Part shown: one piece after another, positions 31,880 through 41,371 of the stretch | Layout: every line of letters begins with the position of its first letter | Numbering within the stretch: the stretch's first letter is position 1 | From: Candidatus Zhuqueibacterota bacterium | Lineage (GTDB): Bacteria; Zhuqueibacterota; Zhuqueibacteria; Oceanimicrobiales; Oceanimicrobiaceae | Assembly: GCA_029262005.1 (NCBI GenBank) | Contig: JAJDAG010000017.1 | Span: 13,473-77,472, forward strand | Direction: 5' to 3' | Length of the DNA stretch: 64,000 bases | Notes under the pieces: generated by a model | The model's database searches: none | What the model saw: the letters and a program-made list of their open reading frames with translations, nothing else | Told to the model about the DNA's origin: nothing | Made by a program: the position numbers and the translations under genes

Positions 31880-33032
31880 GTATTTCTTCTATAGAATCGC
31901 CACCAAACTTTTCGAGAAAGGCGTCAGCGAGTACCAGACAAAGAACCGACTCGCCGATCACAGAAGCAGCAGGCACAGCACAGACATCGCTGCGTTCAAT
32001 GTGAGCGACAGTGGCCTTTTTCGTTTCCATGTTCACGGAATCGAGCGGATTCATCAGGGTTGCAATGGGTTTCATTGCAACCCGAACAACCAGCGGCATA
32101 CCATTGCTGATGCCGCCCTCCAGGCCGCCTGCATGATTTCGTGATCGAAAATACTGGGCTTCTGAATCATCATAATAAATCGCGTCGTGCACTTTTGAGC
32201 CTGTGAGGGTGCCAGACACAAAACCAATACCGATTTCCACCCCTTTCATCCCTGGAATGCTCATCATCGCACCGCCAATGCGGCCATCCAGTTTTCGATC
32301 CCAGTGTACATGGCTGCCAAGCCCAATCGGCAGGCCGAATGCCACAACTTCAAAAACACCGCCGAGCGTATCCTTTTGCGCCTTTGCCGTATCGATTGCG
32401 GCTATCATTTTTCGTTCAATCTCTTTGTTCAAGCAACGCACACTGGACTCATCCGCCAGGGCGCTCATTTGTTCAAGTGGAAATTCAGGCGTATCGTTTG
32501 AGCCCAGATGGGCAACAGAAAAATCACTTTGTGCTTTGTGGATTTGCACAACATGGCTGACTACAACAATGCCAAATTCAGTAAGAAATTTACGCGCAAC
32601 TGCACCGAGTGCAACCCGCATGGCTGTCTCCCGGGCACTTGCACGTTCAAGGATGCTGCGAATGTCTTTGTGGCCATATTTGATGGAACCAGCAAAGTCC
32701 GCATGTCCGGGCCTGGGAATACGAACTTGTTGAATATCAACATCGACTTTACCAATCGACATCTTGGTTTCCCAATTCTTCCAATCTTTATTTTCGATTA
32801 ACATGGAAATGGGACTGCCAAGGGTTTTTCCGAAACGAATACCGGAGAAAATTCGCGCAAAGTCCTTTTCTATTCTCATGCGCCCACCTCTGCCGTGCCC
32901 CATTTGCCGGCGCTGCAAATCCAGAAAAATATCTTCTTCAGAGATTTCAAGGCCGGCCGGCACGCCCTCCAGTATGCCAATCAAGCCCGGGCCATGCGAT
33001 TCTCCGGCTGTGTAATATCTGAATTTATTCAT
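31839..33032 (-). CDS. aroC: Chorismate synthase
   Basis: MNKFRYYTAGESHGPGLIGILEGVPAGL N-terminus and the conserved GRSSARETAMRVA-like and GGISNGMP motifs. Confidence 0.9.
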   Translation of the reverse strand: MNKFRYYTAGESHGPGLIGILEGVPAGLEISEEDIFLDLQRRQMGHGRGGRMRIEKDFARIFSGIRFGKTLGSPISMLIENKDWKNWETKMSIGKVDVDIQQVRIPRPGHADFAGSIKYGHKDIRSILERASARETAMRVALGAVARKFLTEFGIVVVSHVVQIHKAQSDFSVAHLGSNDTPEFPLEQMSALADESSVRCLNKEIERKMIAAIDTAKAQKDTLGGVFEVVAFGLPIGLGSHVHWDRKLDGRIGGAMMSIPGMKGVEIGIGFVSGTLTGSKVHDAIYYDDSEAQYFRSRNHAGGLEGGISNGMPLVVRVAMKPIATLMNPLDSVNMETKKATVAHIERSDVCAVPAASVIGESVLCLVLADAFLEKFGGDSIEEIRERHDAWKRQSVK

Positions 33033-33885
33033 AGCTCGCCAATTTCTCTAACAAAAGATTTCTCAAAACTTCAAGGTCAAATATTGCAGCTCTTCCCAGC
33101 CATATTTCAAACGCCGCAACACCTTGAAAAATAAACATATTTAAACCATCAATTGTGCTCGCCCCTGCTGATTTCCCCTGCGCTATAAATTGGGTTTCCA
33201 AAGGGTTGTAAACAAGATCTACAACAATAGCCTCTGCCGGCAGTGCCGGTAGAACAAAAGGTGTCTTGTCAATGTCGGGCCACATTCCAACAGAAGTGGT
33301 GTTCACTATGAGGGCGCGCTCTGAAATATGCGAAGCAATCTTTTCGATGTTCCAATCGCAAACTGAAATGGCGGTTTCCGGAAAAAACCGACCCATGCTC
33401 ACGGCAAGATTCCGGGCACGTTCCAGCGTGCGGTTGGCAATGGTAATTTCAGAAATACCCTCTGCCAGCAACCCGTAAATGACAGCTCTTGATGCGCCAC
33501 CTGCCCCTAATACAATGGCAGACCGCTGTTTTATTTCGATGCCTGAATGTTGCAATGAACGCATGAATCCGCTCGAGTCGGTATTGTGGCCATGTAGCCT
33601 GTTATCGTGCACAAGCACCGTGTTTACAGCGCCAATTGTTTTGGCCGCATTGCTTATGTCAGTAAGAAATGGTAGAATTTCCTGCTTTAGAGGAATTGTA
33701 ACATTGAATCCTCGTATGCCGGAGTTAAGCAAATCACTTACTCGCTCTGCAAGGTTGCTTGGTTGTGTCTCAAAGCTTCGGTAGCTGCCCTCCTGCCCGT
33801 TCTGCTGAAGCAGGTATGTGTGCAGCACCGGTGATAGCGAATGCCGTATTGGGCAGCCAATAATACCCAAATGCAAATGGCTCAC
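33025..33885 (-). CDS. aroE: Shikimate dehydrogenase
   Basis: LGIIGCPIRHSLSPVLHTYLL N-terminus, NVTIPLKQEIL, Rossmann motif GAGGASRAVIYGL. Confidence 0.85.
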   Translation of the reverse strand: MSHLHLGIIGCPIRHSLSPVLHTYLLQQNGQEGSYRSFETQPSNLAERVSDLLNSGIRGFNVTIPLKQEILPFLTDISNAAKTIGAVNTVLVHDNRLHGHNTDSSGFMRSLQHSGIEIKQRSAIVLGAGGASRAVIYGLLAEGISEITIANRTLERARNLAVSMGRFFPETAISVCDWNIEKIASHISERALIVNTTSVGMWPDIDKTPFVLPALPAEAIVVDLVYNPLETQFIAQGKSAGASTIDGLNMFIFQGVAAFEIWLGRAAIFDLEVLRNLLLEKLASYE

Positions 33886-35168
33886 GATACAGTAGCCAAC
33901 CTCCGTAAAGTGCTAAAAAAGTCAGGGTGGCTGATGTCAGTACATTCACTGCCTTTGATTCGGGTTTCACCATCAGCAATGAGACCGGCGACTGCAAAGG
34001 CCATAGCGATTCGGTGGTCGCCAAAGCATTCAATGTCTGCTGCCCGTAAGGGTGTGGGGCCTTCTATGATGAGGCCGTCTTCCGTCTCTACTACTTTCGC
34101 TCCCATTCTGTCCAGATTAAATTTCAAGCTGCGCAAACGGTCAGACTCTTTGTGCCTGAGCTCACCGGCACCACTAATTTCCGTAACGCCATCGGCTTGA
34201 GTGGCTAAAATGGAGAGTATCGGGATTTCATCAATGATTTGTGGAACAATGTCTCCACCGAGCGTCATGCCTTGCAGTTTAGAGTTTTTAATAAACAAGT
34301 CTGCCATCATTTCATTTTCAACAGTCCGAACATTGATGATGTCGAGCTCAGCGCCAATTTCTCCCAGCACGGACAACAATGTCCTGCGAGTGGGGTTAAT
34401 GCCGACATTCTTGAGTAAAACACCGCCATCTTTGGCCAACATGGCTGCGCCAATAAAAAACGCAGCTGATGAAATGTCGCCAGGCACAAAAACATCGCGC
34501 GCGGTTAGCCTGGCATCCCCTTCAACGGAAACGGTGAGGCCGTTACGTTGCACATTGGCGCCAAATTTGGATAACATAAGCTCAGTGTGATCCCTCGTCA
34601 CAGCGGGTTCTATGACTTCTGTATTCCCGGGTGCGTACAATCCGGCCAGCAAAATGCATGACTTCACTTGAGCGCTTGGAAGCGGCAGCGCGTATGAAAC
34701 CGAGTGCAGAGAACCGCCCTCAATTGTCAGCGGAACAAACTCGCCCTTTGCAGCCGTGACTTCTGCACCCATCTTCCGCAGAGGCATAATGATTCGTGAC
34801 ATTGGCCGCCGGTGAATGGACTCGTCACCGGTAATTCGGCTAACAAATGTTTGTCCCGCTAATATGCCCGAAAGCAGCCTGATGGTGGTTCCTGAATTTC
34901 CCACATCTAACGTGTGATCCGGCACCTGCAGGCCAGACAATCCTGCCCCGTCTACTACGGTATGCTCTCCCTCCCTAATAATCTGCACCCCAAGATTCCG
35001 AAGGCAGGCAATGGTGCTTTTAACATCTGCTCCTTCACAGAGATTTTCGATGTGTGTTTCACCCTCGGCAATGGCCGAAATCATTAATGCCCGATGTGAT
35101 ATTGACTTGTCCCCGGGAATGACCACCTCTCCCTCGATTCTTTGCGCCGGTGTAATCAGTTCTTGCAT
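33882..35168 (-). CDS. aroA: 3-phosphoshikimate 1-carboxyvinyltransferase (EPSP synthase)
   Basis: 428 aa. IPGDKSISHRALM, LDVGNSGTTIRLL, DHRIAMAFAVAGL motifs. Confidence 0.9.
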   Translation of the reverse strand: MQELITPAQRIEGEVVIPGDKSISHRALMISAIAEGETHIENLCEGADVKSTIACLRNLGVQIIREGEHTVVDGAGLSGLQVPDHTLDVGNSGTTIRLLSGILAGQTFVSRITGDESIHRRPMSRIIMPLRKMGAEVTAAKGEFVPLTIEGGSLHSVSYALPLPSAQVKSCILLAGLYAPGNTEVIEPAVTRDHTELMLSKFGANVQRNGLTVSVEGDARLTARDVFVPGDISSAAFFIGAAMLAKDGGVLLKNVGINPTRRTLLSVLGEIGAELDIINVRTVENEMMADLFIKNSKLQGMTLGGDIVPQIIDEIPILSILATQADGVTEISGAGELRHKESDRLRSLKFNLDRMGAKVVETEDGLIIEGPTPLRAADIECFGDHRIAMAFAVAGLIADGETRIKGSECTDISHPDFFSTLRRLATVS

Positions 35169-35546
35169 TGTGCCTCATCTATTTATTTTGACGTGAAAAC
35201 CTACCTGTTGTAATAATGCCGCAGCGGAAAAGTGGTCGCACCCAACCTCGAAAGCACAACCTGATTGTGCCGACAACGTCTCCTCTCACTTTAATAACTT
35301 CCATGTCTTTATGCTTATATTTTTCTCTGCCAAACATGAACAATACGATTAAACTTCAAAATAACATATCTTTTACGATTTGTCAAAATTAAATATACAG
35401 GTTTAAAGTTGCAAGCAAAATCACCACGTTTTGCCAACTGCTTTTGCTATCAAGGCCAGCTCAGACATCAATTGTGTAAACTGTTTAAGAGAGTCTTATC
35501 AACTTACGATAAAACAAAGCAATTCTTCAAGAGGAGAAATTATTAA

Positions 35547-35851
35547 ATGGGGAGAAAACCTATGAAGAATTTAACATACTGTTTATGTTAGTCGCAGTAA
35601 CCGCCTGTCAGCAATCAGAGAATCGCGGTTCAATCATTCAGGATGATAGGCAGGTTAAGGTCGAATACATTCACCAGAGGGCAAACAGAAAATCATCGAC
35701 AACTTATGGCAGTAAAATCTGGTTGGGGTACAACTTCTTCAAAGACTTAGAGAATGATGCCGTTTTTATGGCACTATGTCGATTTGTGTGCGTAAATTTA
35801 TTTTCAACCAAACTCCAGGACAAATACTCGCCACAGATTTCCACGGATTAA
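35547..35851 (+). pseudogene. Small lipoprotein gene interrupted by a -1 frameshift inside its signal peptide (pseudogene, sequencing error or recoding site)
   Basis: AGGAG at 35532 sits 10 nt before the ATG at 35547. Frame 1 reads MGRKPMKNLTYCLC then stop. The -1 frame continues ILFMLVAVTACQQSENRG... for 88 codons (ORF 35585..35851). Joined, they form a textbook lipoprotein signal with positive n-region, h-region LFMLVAVTA and lipobox VTAC. Confidence 0.3.
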
Positions 35852-36267
35852 ACACTGATTTATTCTATCTGTAACCGCAGAGAATGCTGAGTTCGCAGAG
35901 AGTAAAAACTAAAACAAGTAACCATGCTGCAACCCCTAAGTTGAATACTTTTAAACTAAGACCCTTTACTTTGCGTTCTTTGCGGTTAAAAAAAGTTTTA
36001 GGTTTCACAAAATGCTTTGATGCCGTAAATACTGGTTATTACAACGCACTCATTCTATCCGTGACAATCCGTGGCATTCTATTTTTTTACTTTACCCACA
36101 CAAAACGACACAGAGCTGTTTTTATTACACATCCCCATAAGGGCTTTATCATATTTTAAAGGATGTCGAAATTCAAGCGATCTTTGCCGCGCTCGATCCG
36201 AAAGTGATTATCCACAGGTAACTAGAGCAGTTACATTCTTTGGTTATTCCGCTCTGACCTTTGCTCA

Positions 36268-37812
36268 TCAATGAACCCACGCAGGTAGAGAAGTAGTCGA
36301 AATTTCAAATAATGGGATGACCACAAAATAGGTCAAGAGGGTTACTAATACAATCCCTAATAAATTAAGCAGTATTCCGGTCTTGGCCATCTGCGATATT
36401 GAGACGTAGCCGGAGGCAAAAATAATGGCGTTCGGGGGAGTTGCAACAGGAAGCATGAACGCACATGAAGCGGAAATTGTCGCCGGTATCATCAACAAAA
36501 GAGGATTTATTCCTATGCCCGCAGCTGTGCTGGCAAGTATAGGCATGAAGAGACTGGTTGTTGCAACGTTAGAGGTCAACTCGGTTGTGAAAGTCATTGT
36601 AGTACACGTTATCAAGATCATTACTGGCAGCGGTACACTTCCTAACAAAGATAGTTGCGTACCGACCCACTCAGCCAAACCGCTGCTCTTGAATCCGCCC
36701 GCTAGCGCAATTCCACCACCAAACAAAATCAAGATTCCCCATGGAATTTTGAGCGCAGATTCCCAATCGAGCAAAAATTTACCCCTTTTCAAATTAGCAG
36801 GAATACAGAATAATATGATGGCAGCCAGCATGGCAACCGTGCCATCGTGCAAGAAATCGGAGGCACCAAGCATTGAGGACCATCCTTTCAACGTGGTAAA
36901 TCCGATGGTCACATCCTTTCTCGTGATCCAGGCAAGCGCTGTCGCCGCAAACACAGCAGCCACGAGCTTTTCTTCAATTAACATCGGGCCAAGCTTATTA
37001 AGTTCTTCACGAATCACCTGTCTGCCCCCAGGAAGATTTTTATTACTTACCCTGAACGCAATCCTGGTCAGAACAATCCAGCATATCGGCAAGAAAAACA
37101 GGAGCAAAAGAGACCCGATTAAAATCCAGGTAAAAAAACTAATTTCCGGTGCTTCAGGATAGAGTTTTGAAAAGGCACTAACGAAAACGATATTGGGGGG
37201 CGTGCCGACAAGAGTTGAGATGCCGCCTATACTGGCCGCGTAAGCAATGCCAAGCATAAGCGCAGTTCTGAAATTTAATATGCTGTCGTCGGAAGCTGCG
37301 CCCTCGCCAGGCTGCCCTTCCATTAAGTGAAGAATTACCGCCAGACCAATCGGGTACAGCATCATGGTTGTAGCGGTATTTGATATCCACATGGACAAGA
37401 AAGCCGTTGCCACCATAAAACCAAGAATGATACGCCGTGGGCTTGTACCGATTACCCATATGAGATAAAGCGCAATCCGGCGATGCAATCCCCACTTTTG
37501 CATGGCGATTGCAATAAAAAATCCTCCCATAAAAAGAAATACGTTGCTGTTGGCGTAACTCGCCGCCACATCTCCAAAGCCGACCACACCAAAGAAAGGA
37601 AATAAGATTAAAGGCAAAAGAGCCGTCACAGGAATCGGAATGGATTCCGTCATCCAGAGAATAGCCATGATTGCCGCGATGGCAAAAACCCGCCAACCTT
37701 CAGCTGATAAGCCGGCAGGTGCAGGCATCATCAGCAAAATGACGAAAAGCGGCAAAGTGATAACAAAACCGATTAGTTGACGCTTTGAATAGTTTTCAGA
37801 TTTGTTCGGCAT
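36268..37812 (-). CDS. DASS-family (SLC13-like) sodium-coupled di/tricarboxylate or sulfate symporter
   Basis: 514 aa polytopic membrane protein. Duplicated hairpin-loop motifs (TPPNAIIFASG, TLVGTPPNIV) typical of the divalent anion:Na+ symporter family. Confidence 0.8.
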   Translation of the reverse strand: MPNKSENYSKRQLIGFVITLPLFVILLMMPAPAGLSAEGWRVFAIAAIMAILWMTESIPIPVTALLPLILFPFFGVVGFGDVAASYANSNVFLFMGGFFIAIAMQKWGLHRRIALYLIWVIGTSPRRIILGFMVATAFLSMWISNTATTMMLYPIGLAVILHLMEGQPGEGAASDDSILNFRTALMLGIAYAASIGGISTLVGTPPNIVFVSAFSKLYPEAPEISFFTWILIGSLLLLFFLPICWIVLTRIAFRVSNKNLPGGRQVIREELNKLGPMLIEEKLVAAVFAATALAWITRKDVTIGFTTLKGWSSMLGASDFLHDGTVAMLAAIILFCIPANLKRGKFLLDWESALKIPWGILILFGGGIALAGGFKSSGLAEWVGTQLSLLGSVPLPVMILITCTTMTFTTELTSNVATTSLFMPILASTAAGIGINPLLLMIPATISASCAFMLPVATPPNAIIFASGYVSISQMAKTGILLNLLGIVLVTLLTYFVVIPLFEISTTSLPAWVH

Positions 37813-37925
37813 AGATCAGTTATGCTTTGGATGAATAATGCAGGAGATAAAAGTGTCGGGTAGATTCGATTTTACTATGGTTAGTTGTTGAAACATGCGG
37901 ACTTAAAGTTTAATGTTTAGAAGTA

Positions 37926-38672
37926 TCAAAATCCCGAGTAACTTCCTTCAAGTTCAGACGCGGCAGCCTTGTCAATCACAACAGTCGCAAATTCATGGAG
38001 TTGTACAATTGTCGCAGGATACTTTGCCATTACAGGACCCTCAACTGTAGCTTTTATTGCATCCGCTTTTGCAGCACCACTGGCCAATAAGAGGAGCTCA
38101 TGAGCCTGCATTATTGTGCCCACCCCCATGGTAATGGCATACGTGGGCACCTCGTCCATATTTTCAAAAAAACGAGCATTGTCCTCGCAGGTTTGAGCGC
38201 TAAGAGTTTTTATACGTGTTCTAGAGCCCAAAGAAGACCCTGGCTCATTAAAAGCGATATGGCCGTTTGCGCCAATTCCCAGAATTTGTAAATCGATACC
38301 ACCACATTCTTCAATTTTTTCTTCATACCATAAACAAAATTCGTCAATATTTTCCGCCATTCCCATTGGAACGTGAACATGTCGCGGATCTACATTGATA
38401 TGCTTAAATAAATTCTCCCACATGAAATAGTGATAGCTTTGTTCATGCGAGGGCGGCAGCCCAACATACTCGTCCAGGTTAAACGTAATGACTTTCGAAA
38501 AATCCAGCCCCTCCTCTTTGTGCAACCGAATCAACTCTTTATACATACCCAAAGGCGTACTGCCCGTTGCAAATCCGAGGACACAATCCGGTTTTCTACG
38601 GACCAAACTTGCAAATAGTTTTGCCGCGTCTTTGCTCATTTCTTCAAAATTCTCTTTTATAACAACCAACAT
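37926..38672 (-). CDS. nagB: Glucosamine-6-phosphate deaminase
   Basis: 248 aa with LGFATGSTPLGMY, FNLDEYVGLP and GIGANGHIAFNEPGSS motifs. The start ATG directly abuts the stop of the upstream 879-aa gene (TAAATG). Confidence 0.9.
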   Translation of the reverse strand: MLVVIKENFEEMSKDAAKLFASLVRRKPDCVLGFATGSTPLGMYKELIRLHKEEGLDFSKVITFNLDEYVGLPPSHEQSYHYFMWENLFKHINVDPRHVHVPMGMAENIDEFCLWYEEKIEECGGIDLQILGIGANGHIAFNEPGSSLGSRTRIKTLSAQTCEDNARFFENMDEVPTYAITMGVGTIMQAHELLLLASGAAKADAIKATVEGPVMAKYPATIVQLHEFATVVIDKAAASELEGSYSGF

Positions 38673-41312
38673 TTACTTCTTCGGATATCCTTCTTTTTCC
38701 AGCCAATATAGTAAATATGGGACATTATAAGCATGTGTCCAGCCGAAAACCCTTGAGCCGCCGTTAAGAGTCCAGTTAGGGCGCCTGTCCGGTGTCAATT
38801 CATTCGGGGGCATATGATCCACACTTTCAAGGGCATTAAATAATTCAAGTTGGGTGTGTGTGCCATCAAAGAGATTTGAATCGGAAAGTTTGTCTGTTTT
38901 CAAAAAACCGGCCCTTTTAACAGCTTCGCGATACAGGCTTGGTTCTCCAGAAAATTTATATCCAATTAACAAACTGTGAATAGTCGATAAAAACGATTCC
39001 ATTCCGTGATTTCTAGGTGGAACATCACGTACCCAGCGTGCATGACGTACAAGAGCTGGTTGAATCCTGTTGTCCTCTGTGATCTGGAAATATTTTCGTA
39101 ACCCATGTGATACATAGACCTGTGCATACCCGTAGCGATCCAGCACAAGACTGCCGCCCTGCGGCTGTTGCAAGCGCAACATTGTGTTCACCCGATCTTT
39201 TAACTCTTTAAAATAGCGCTCGTCCTTGGTCGCGTCATATATCTCCGCCAAGTTCCAGACAGACAGGTACAGGCGCCTTCCTCTCAAATCATGCTCACCC
39301 CAAATGCGCTTAATGTAGGTATCTGCGGTTAATTTCGCGACTTCTAAACCACGGTGATATCCACTTAGATAGTAAGAGGCGACCCAGCCCATATTCCAGA
39401 CGTGTGCGCTATATAACGTCCCCCAATGCTGCCTGCCCTCACGGGCGCCCATTCCAAGATATGGATTGCCCTGAGGTTTATCCTTCTCTTTCCAAAAGTC
39501 GAGTGCATAGTTAGAATCACCGGCATATTCAGGGTCGGCTGGCCAGTGAATATTGTCTACATCCATACTGTGACGGCTTGCCGCCTCCGCTGAAAGGTAG
39601 ATGTTACGATCGCCGGTTCGCATAAAGTGCAGCCAGCGCATGTAATCCTGACCCGGTTCGTTATTATTCCATAAAAACCAATCCATTTTGAAGTAATATG
39701 TTTGCCTGTCTCCATAGTCAAACATGCCGTACCAAGGTTCCCAATTCTCGTTGAAAATCATCCACTTGAACTTGTAATCTAATCCCCGCTCAAATTCAGG
39801 AAATTTCTTTGAAGCAGGTGCAAATGAACCGTATACATCACTCTTCGCATACCATTCCGGTGCTGTATGTGCGATAGGCGGATCGAGAAAATAGCGCATT
39901 TTGTTCTCAAGCTCGGCGTGACTCTTACCGGCTTTGTGAAAGTTATAAACCAACTCTGTCGTCTTTGTTAAACCTTGGGCAAAATTACTGACCATACCGC
40001 CGTCCAATTCACTGGAAAGACGGGCAAAACTCATGGGGTCAGCCTCGGGAGACCAGGAAAAAGCAGTCACTTCTTTTCCAGCCACATCAAGGTTGATTTC
40101 CTTTGGGTATTCTTCAAAAAAATGCCGCATTCCAACGCTGATTCCCCAACGCCGGTCCGAAATATCCAACCAACCATCGGCTTTGGAGGATTCCACCAAG
40201 GTTTCAGAATCGGAGGCAATCTTCGCGAAAAAACCGTCAATTCTCTTTTCCGGCGTAGAATTCGGGACGGGGGGCATACGCGTCGGTTTTGGACCGGACT
40301 GTAAAATAGACACCACTTCTTGCGAGGTAACTGCGGTTTCGAAGAACTGTCTTTCTCCCGGCTGCCACCATTCCCCTTTGCGATAAGCAGTCACATAATT
40401 CAGGTCTCCAGACAATTTGTAGTCTAGAGAAATGCCTGCTGCTGCTATTCTATCATTTGGCTGTGCCCAGCCAGCATCGCTGACCAAACTCTTTTCATCA
40501 ACGATTTTTTCAGCCTGAGTGGCAATCAAAGCATGTTCACCTTCAAAAGGTTTGTGCTTGTCGGGTTCCCCCGTGTATGTAAGTGTATGAAGCACACGAA
40601 CATAAGATTTTCCGGCATAGGCGTGTACTCTCATGATAAATGGAGAGGGATTATTATCATCCCGTGAATATTGATATTCACCTTCCGCTTTGATTATCAT
40701 GTGCAGGGGACCAGAGCCCTTCTCAATCCAATTTCTTTTGATCACCGCCTTGGATTTGTCAAGTCCGAGATCGTCAAGAATATCGAGAAATGAACCCCGC
40801 CCTTCCGGCCCCTCAGCTATCACGTCATTTTCATCAAATCCATCTCCGGCCCCATCCAGTTCCACTTTGTCCAAAAAGCCGTTACCGTTTTTATTTATTC
40901 GGAAACGAAGTGGGCCGGTGGATATCGTAATAAAACCCCGTGCGCGTTGGTTATTGTTTACTAGAATCCTCTCGCTTGGTATCGGGGCGCGAACAACGGT
41001 TTTGCCATACTCAAGGAAATAGTTGCCTGAATTCTCGCAAAAAAAGAACACCCAAATCCATTTAATGCTTTCATCAGCGGGCATCCACGTGGTGACTTCG
41101 GTGATTTGAGAAGGGATTTCCTTACCTTTGGCATTTAAAACGCGTACATGGTCGGGCGAATGCAATACACCTTTCGGAAAGGGGACTCCCAGCGTCAAGG
41201 GTGCCCCTTCAATAGGCTGATTCACCTTCAAAGGAAGCCTTGACTGAGCCAGTGAGGATCCAAAAAGTGCAAGCAACGAGATTATTGCAATTATTCCGGT
41301 AATTTTTTTCAC
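38673..41312 (-). CDS. Secreted 879-aa protein of unassigned family. Candidate glycan-active enzyme (possible (alpha/alpha)6-barrel hydrolase/lyase) of the amino-sugar PUL.
   Basis: Signal peptide MKKITGIIAIISLLALFGSSLAQS. N-terminal beta-rich region and a C-terminal Trp/Tyr-rich region (HWGTLYSAHVWNMGWVASYYLSGYH, DYMRWLHFMRTGD) reminiscent of alpha/alpha-toroid glycosidases. No GH18, GH20 or GH2 signature. Translationally coupled to nagB. Confidence 0.5.
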   Translation of the reverse strand: MKKITGIIAIISLLALFGSSLAQSRLPLKVNQPIEGAPLTLGVPFPKGVLHSPDHVRVLNAKGKEIPSQITEVTTWMPADESIKWIWVFFFCENSGNYFLEYGKTVVRAPIPSERILVNNNQRARGFITISTGPLRFRINKNGNGFLDKVELDGAGDGFDENDVIAEGPEGRGSFLDILDDLGLDKSKAVIKRNWIEKGSGPLHMIIKAEGEYQYSRDDNNPSPFIMRVHAYAGKSYVRVLHTLTYTGEPDKHKPFEGEHALIATQAEKIVDEKSLVSDAGWAQPNDRIAAAGISLDYKLSGDLNYVTAYRKGEWWQPGERQFFETAVTSQEVVSILQSGPKPTRMPPVPNSTPEKRIDGFFAKIASDSETLVESSKADGWLDISDRRWGISVGMRHFFEEYPKEINLDVAGKEVTAFSWSPEADPMSFARLSSELDGGMVSNFAQGLTKTTELVYNFHKAGKSHAELENKMRYFLDPPIAHTAPEWYAKSDVYGSFAPASKKFPEFERGLDYKFKWMIFNENWEPWYGMFDYGDRQTYYFKMDWFLWNNNEPGQDYMRWLHFMRTGDRNIYLSAEAASRHSMDVDNIHWPADPEYAGDSNYALDFWKEKDKPQGNPYLGMGAREGRQHWGTLYSAHVWNMGWVASYYLSGYHRGLEVAKLTADTYIKRIWGEHDLRGRRLYLSVWNLAEIYDATKDERYFKELKDRVNTMLRLQQPQGGSLVLDRYGYAQVYVSHGLRKYFQITEDNRIQPALVRHARWVRDVPPRNHGMESFLSTIHSLLIGYKFSGEPSLYREAVKRAGFLKTDKLSDSNLFDGTHTQLELFNALESVDHMPPNELTPDRRPNWTLNGGSRVFGWTHAYNVPYLLYWLEKEGYPKK

Positions 41313-41371
41313 GCCGGGAAACCTCCTAAGTTAGATGTCATCTCTATTGCGCTAAAGCAAACCAGTCAGTT

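Noticed and set aside
32203-32733. 176-aa plus-strand ORF
   Set aside because: Antisense to aroC. Pro/Ser/Ala-rich, as expected from the reverse-complement frame of a GC-richer gene.
36222-36238. GTAACT-N5-AGTTAC hairpin just past the DASS transporter stop, considered as its terminator
   Set aside because: 6-bp AT-rich stem with no following U tract on the minus strand. Too weak to call an intrinsic terminator.
35884-36274. Small plus-strand ORFs of 91 and 67 aa in the AT-rich island
   Set aside because: No RBS-like context and overlapping frames. Highly basic, low-complexity translations. Treated as non-coding unless expression data say otherwise.
36425-37162. 245-aa plus-strand ORF, and a 172-aa alternative minus-frame ORF at 37178..37696
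   Set aside because: Both lie entirely within the DASS transporter gene, which has a coherent 12+ TM helix translation. They are alternative-frame artefacts.
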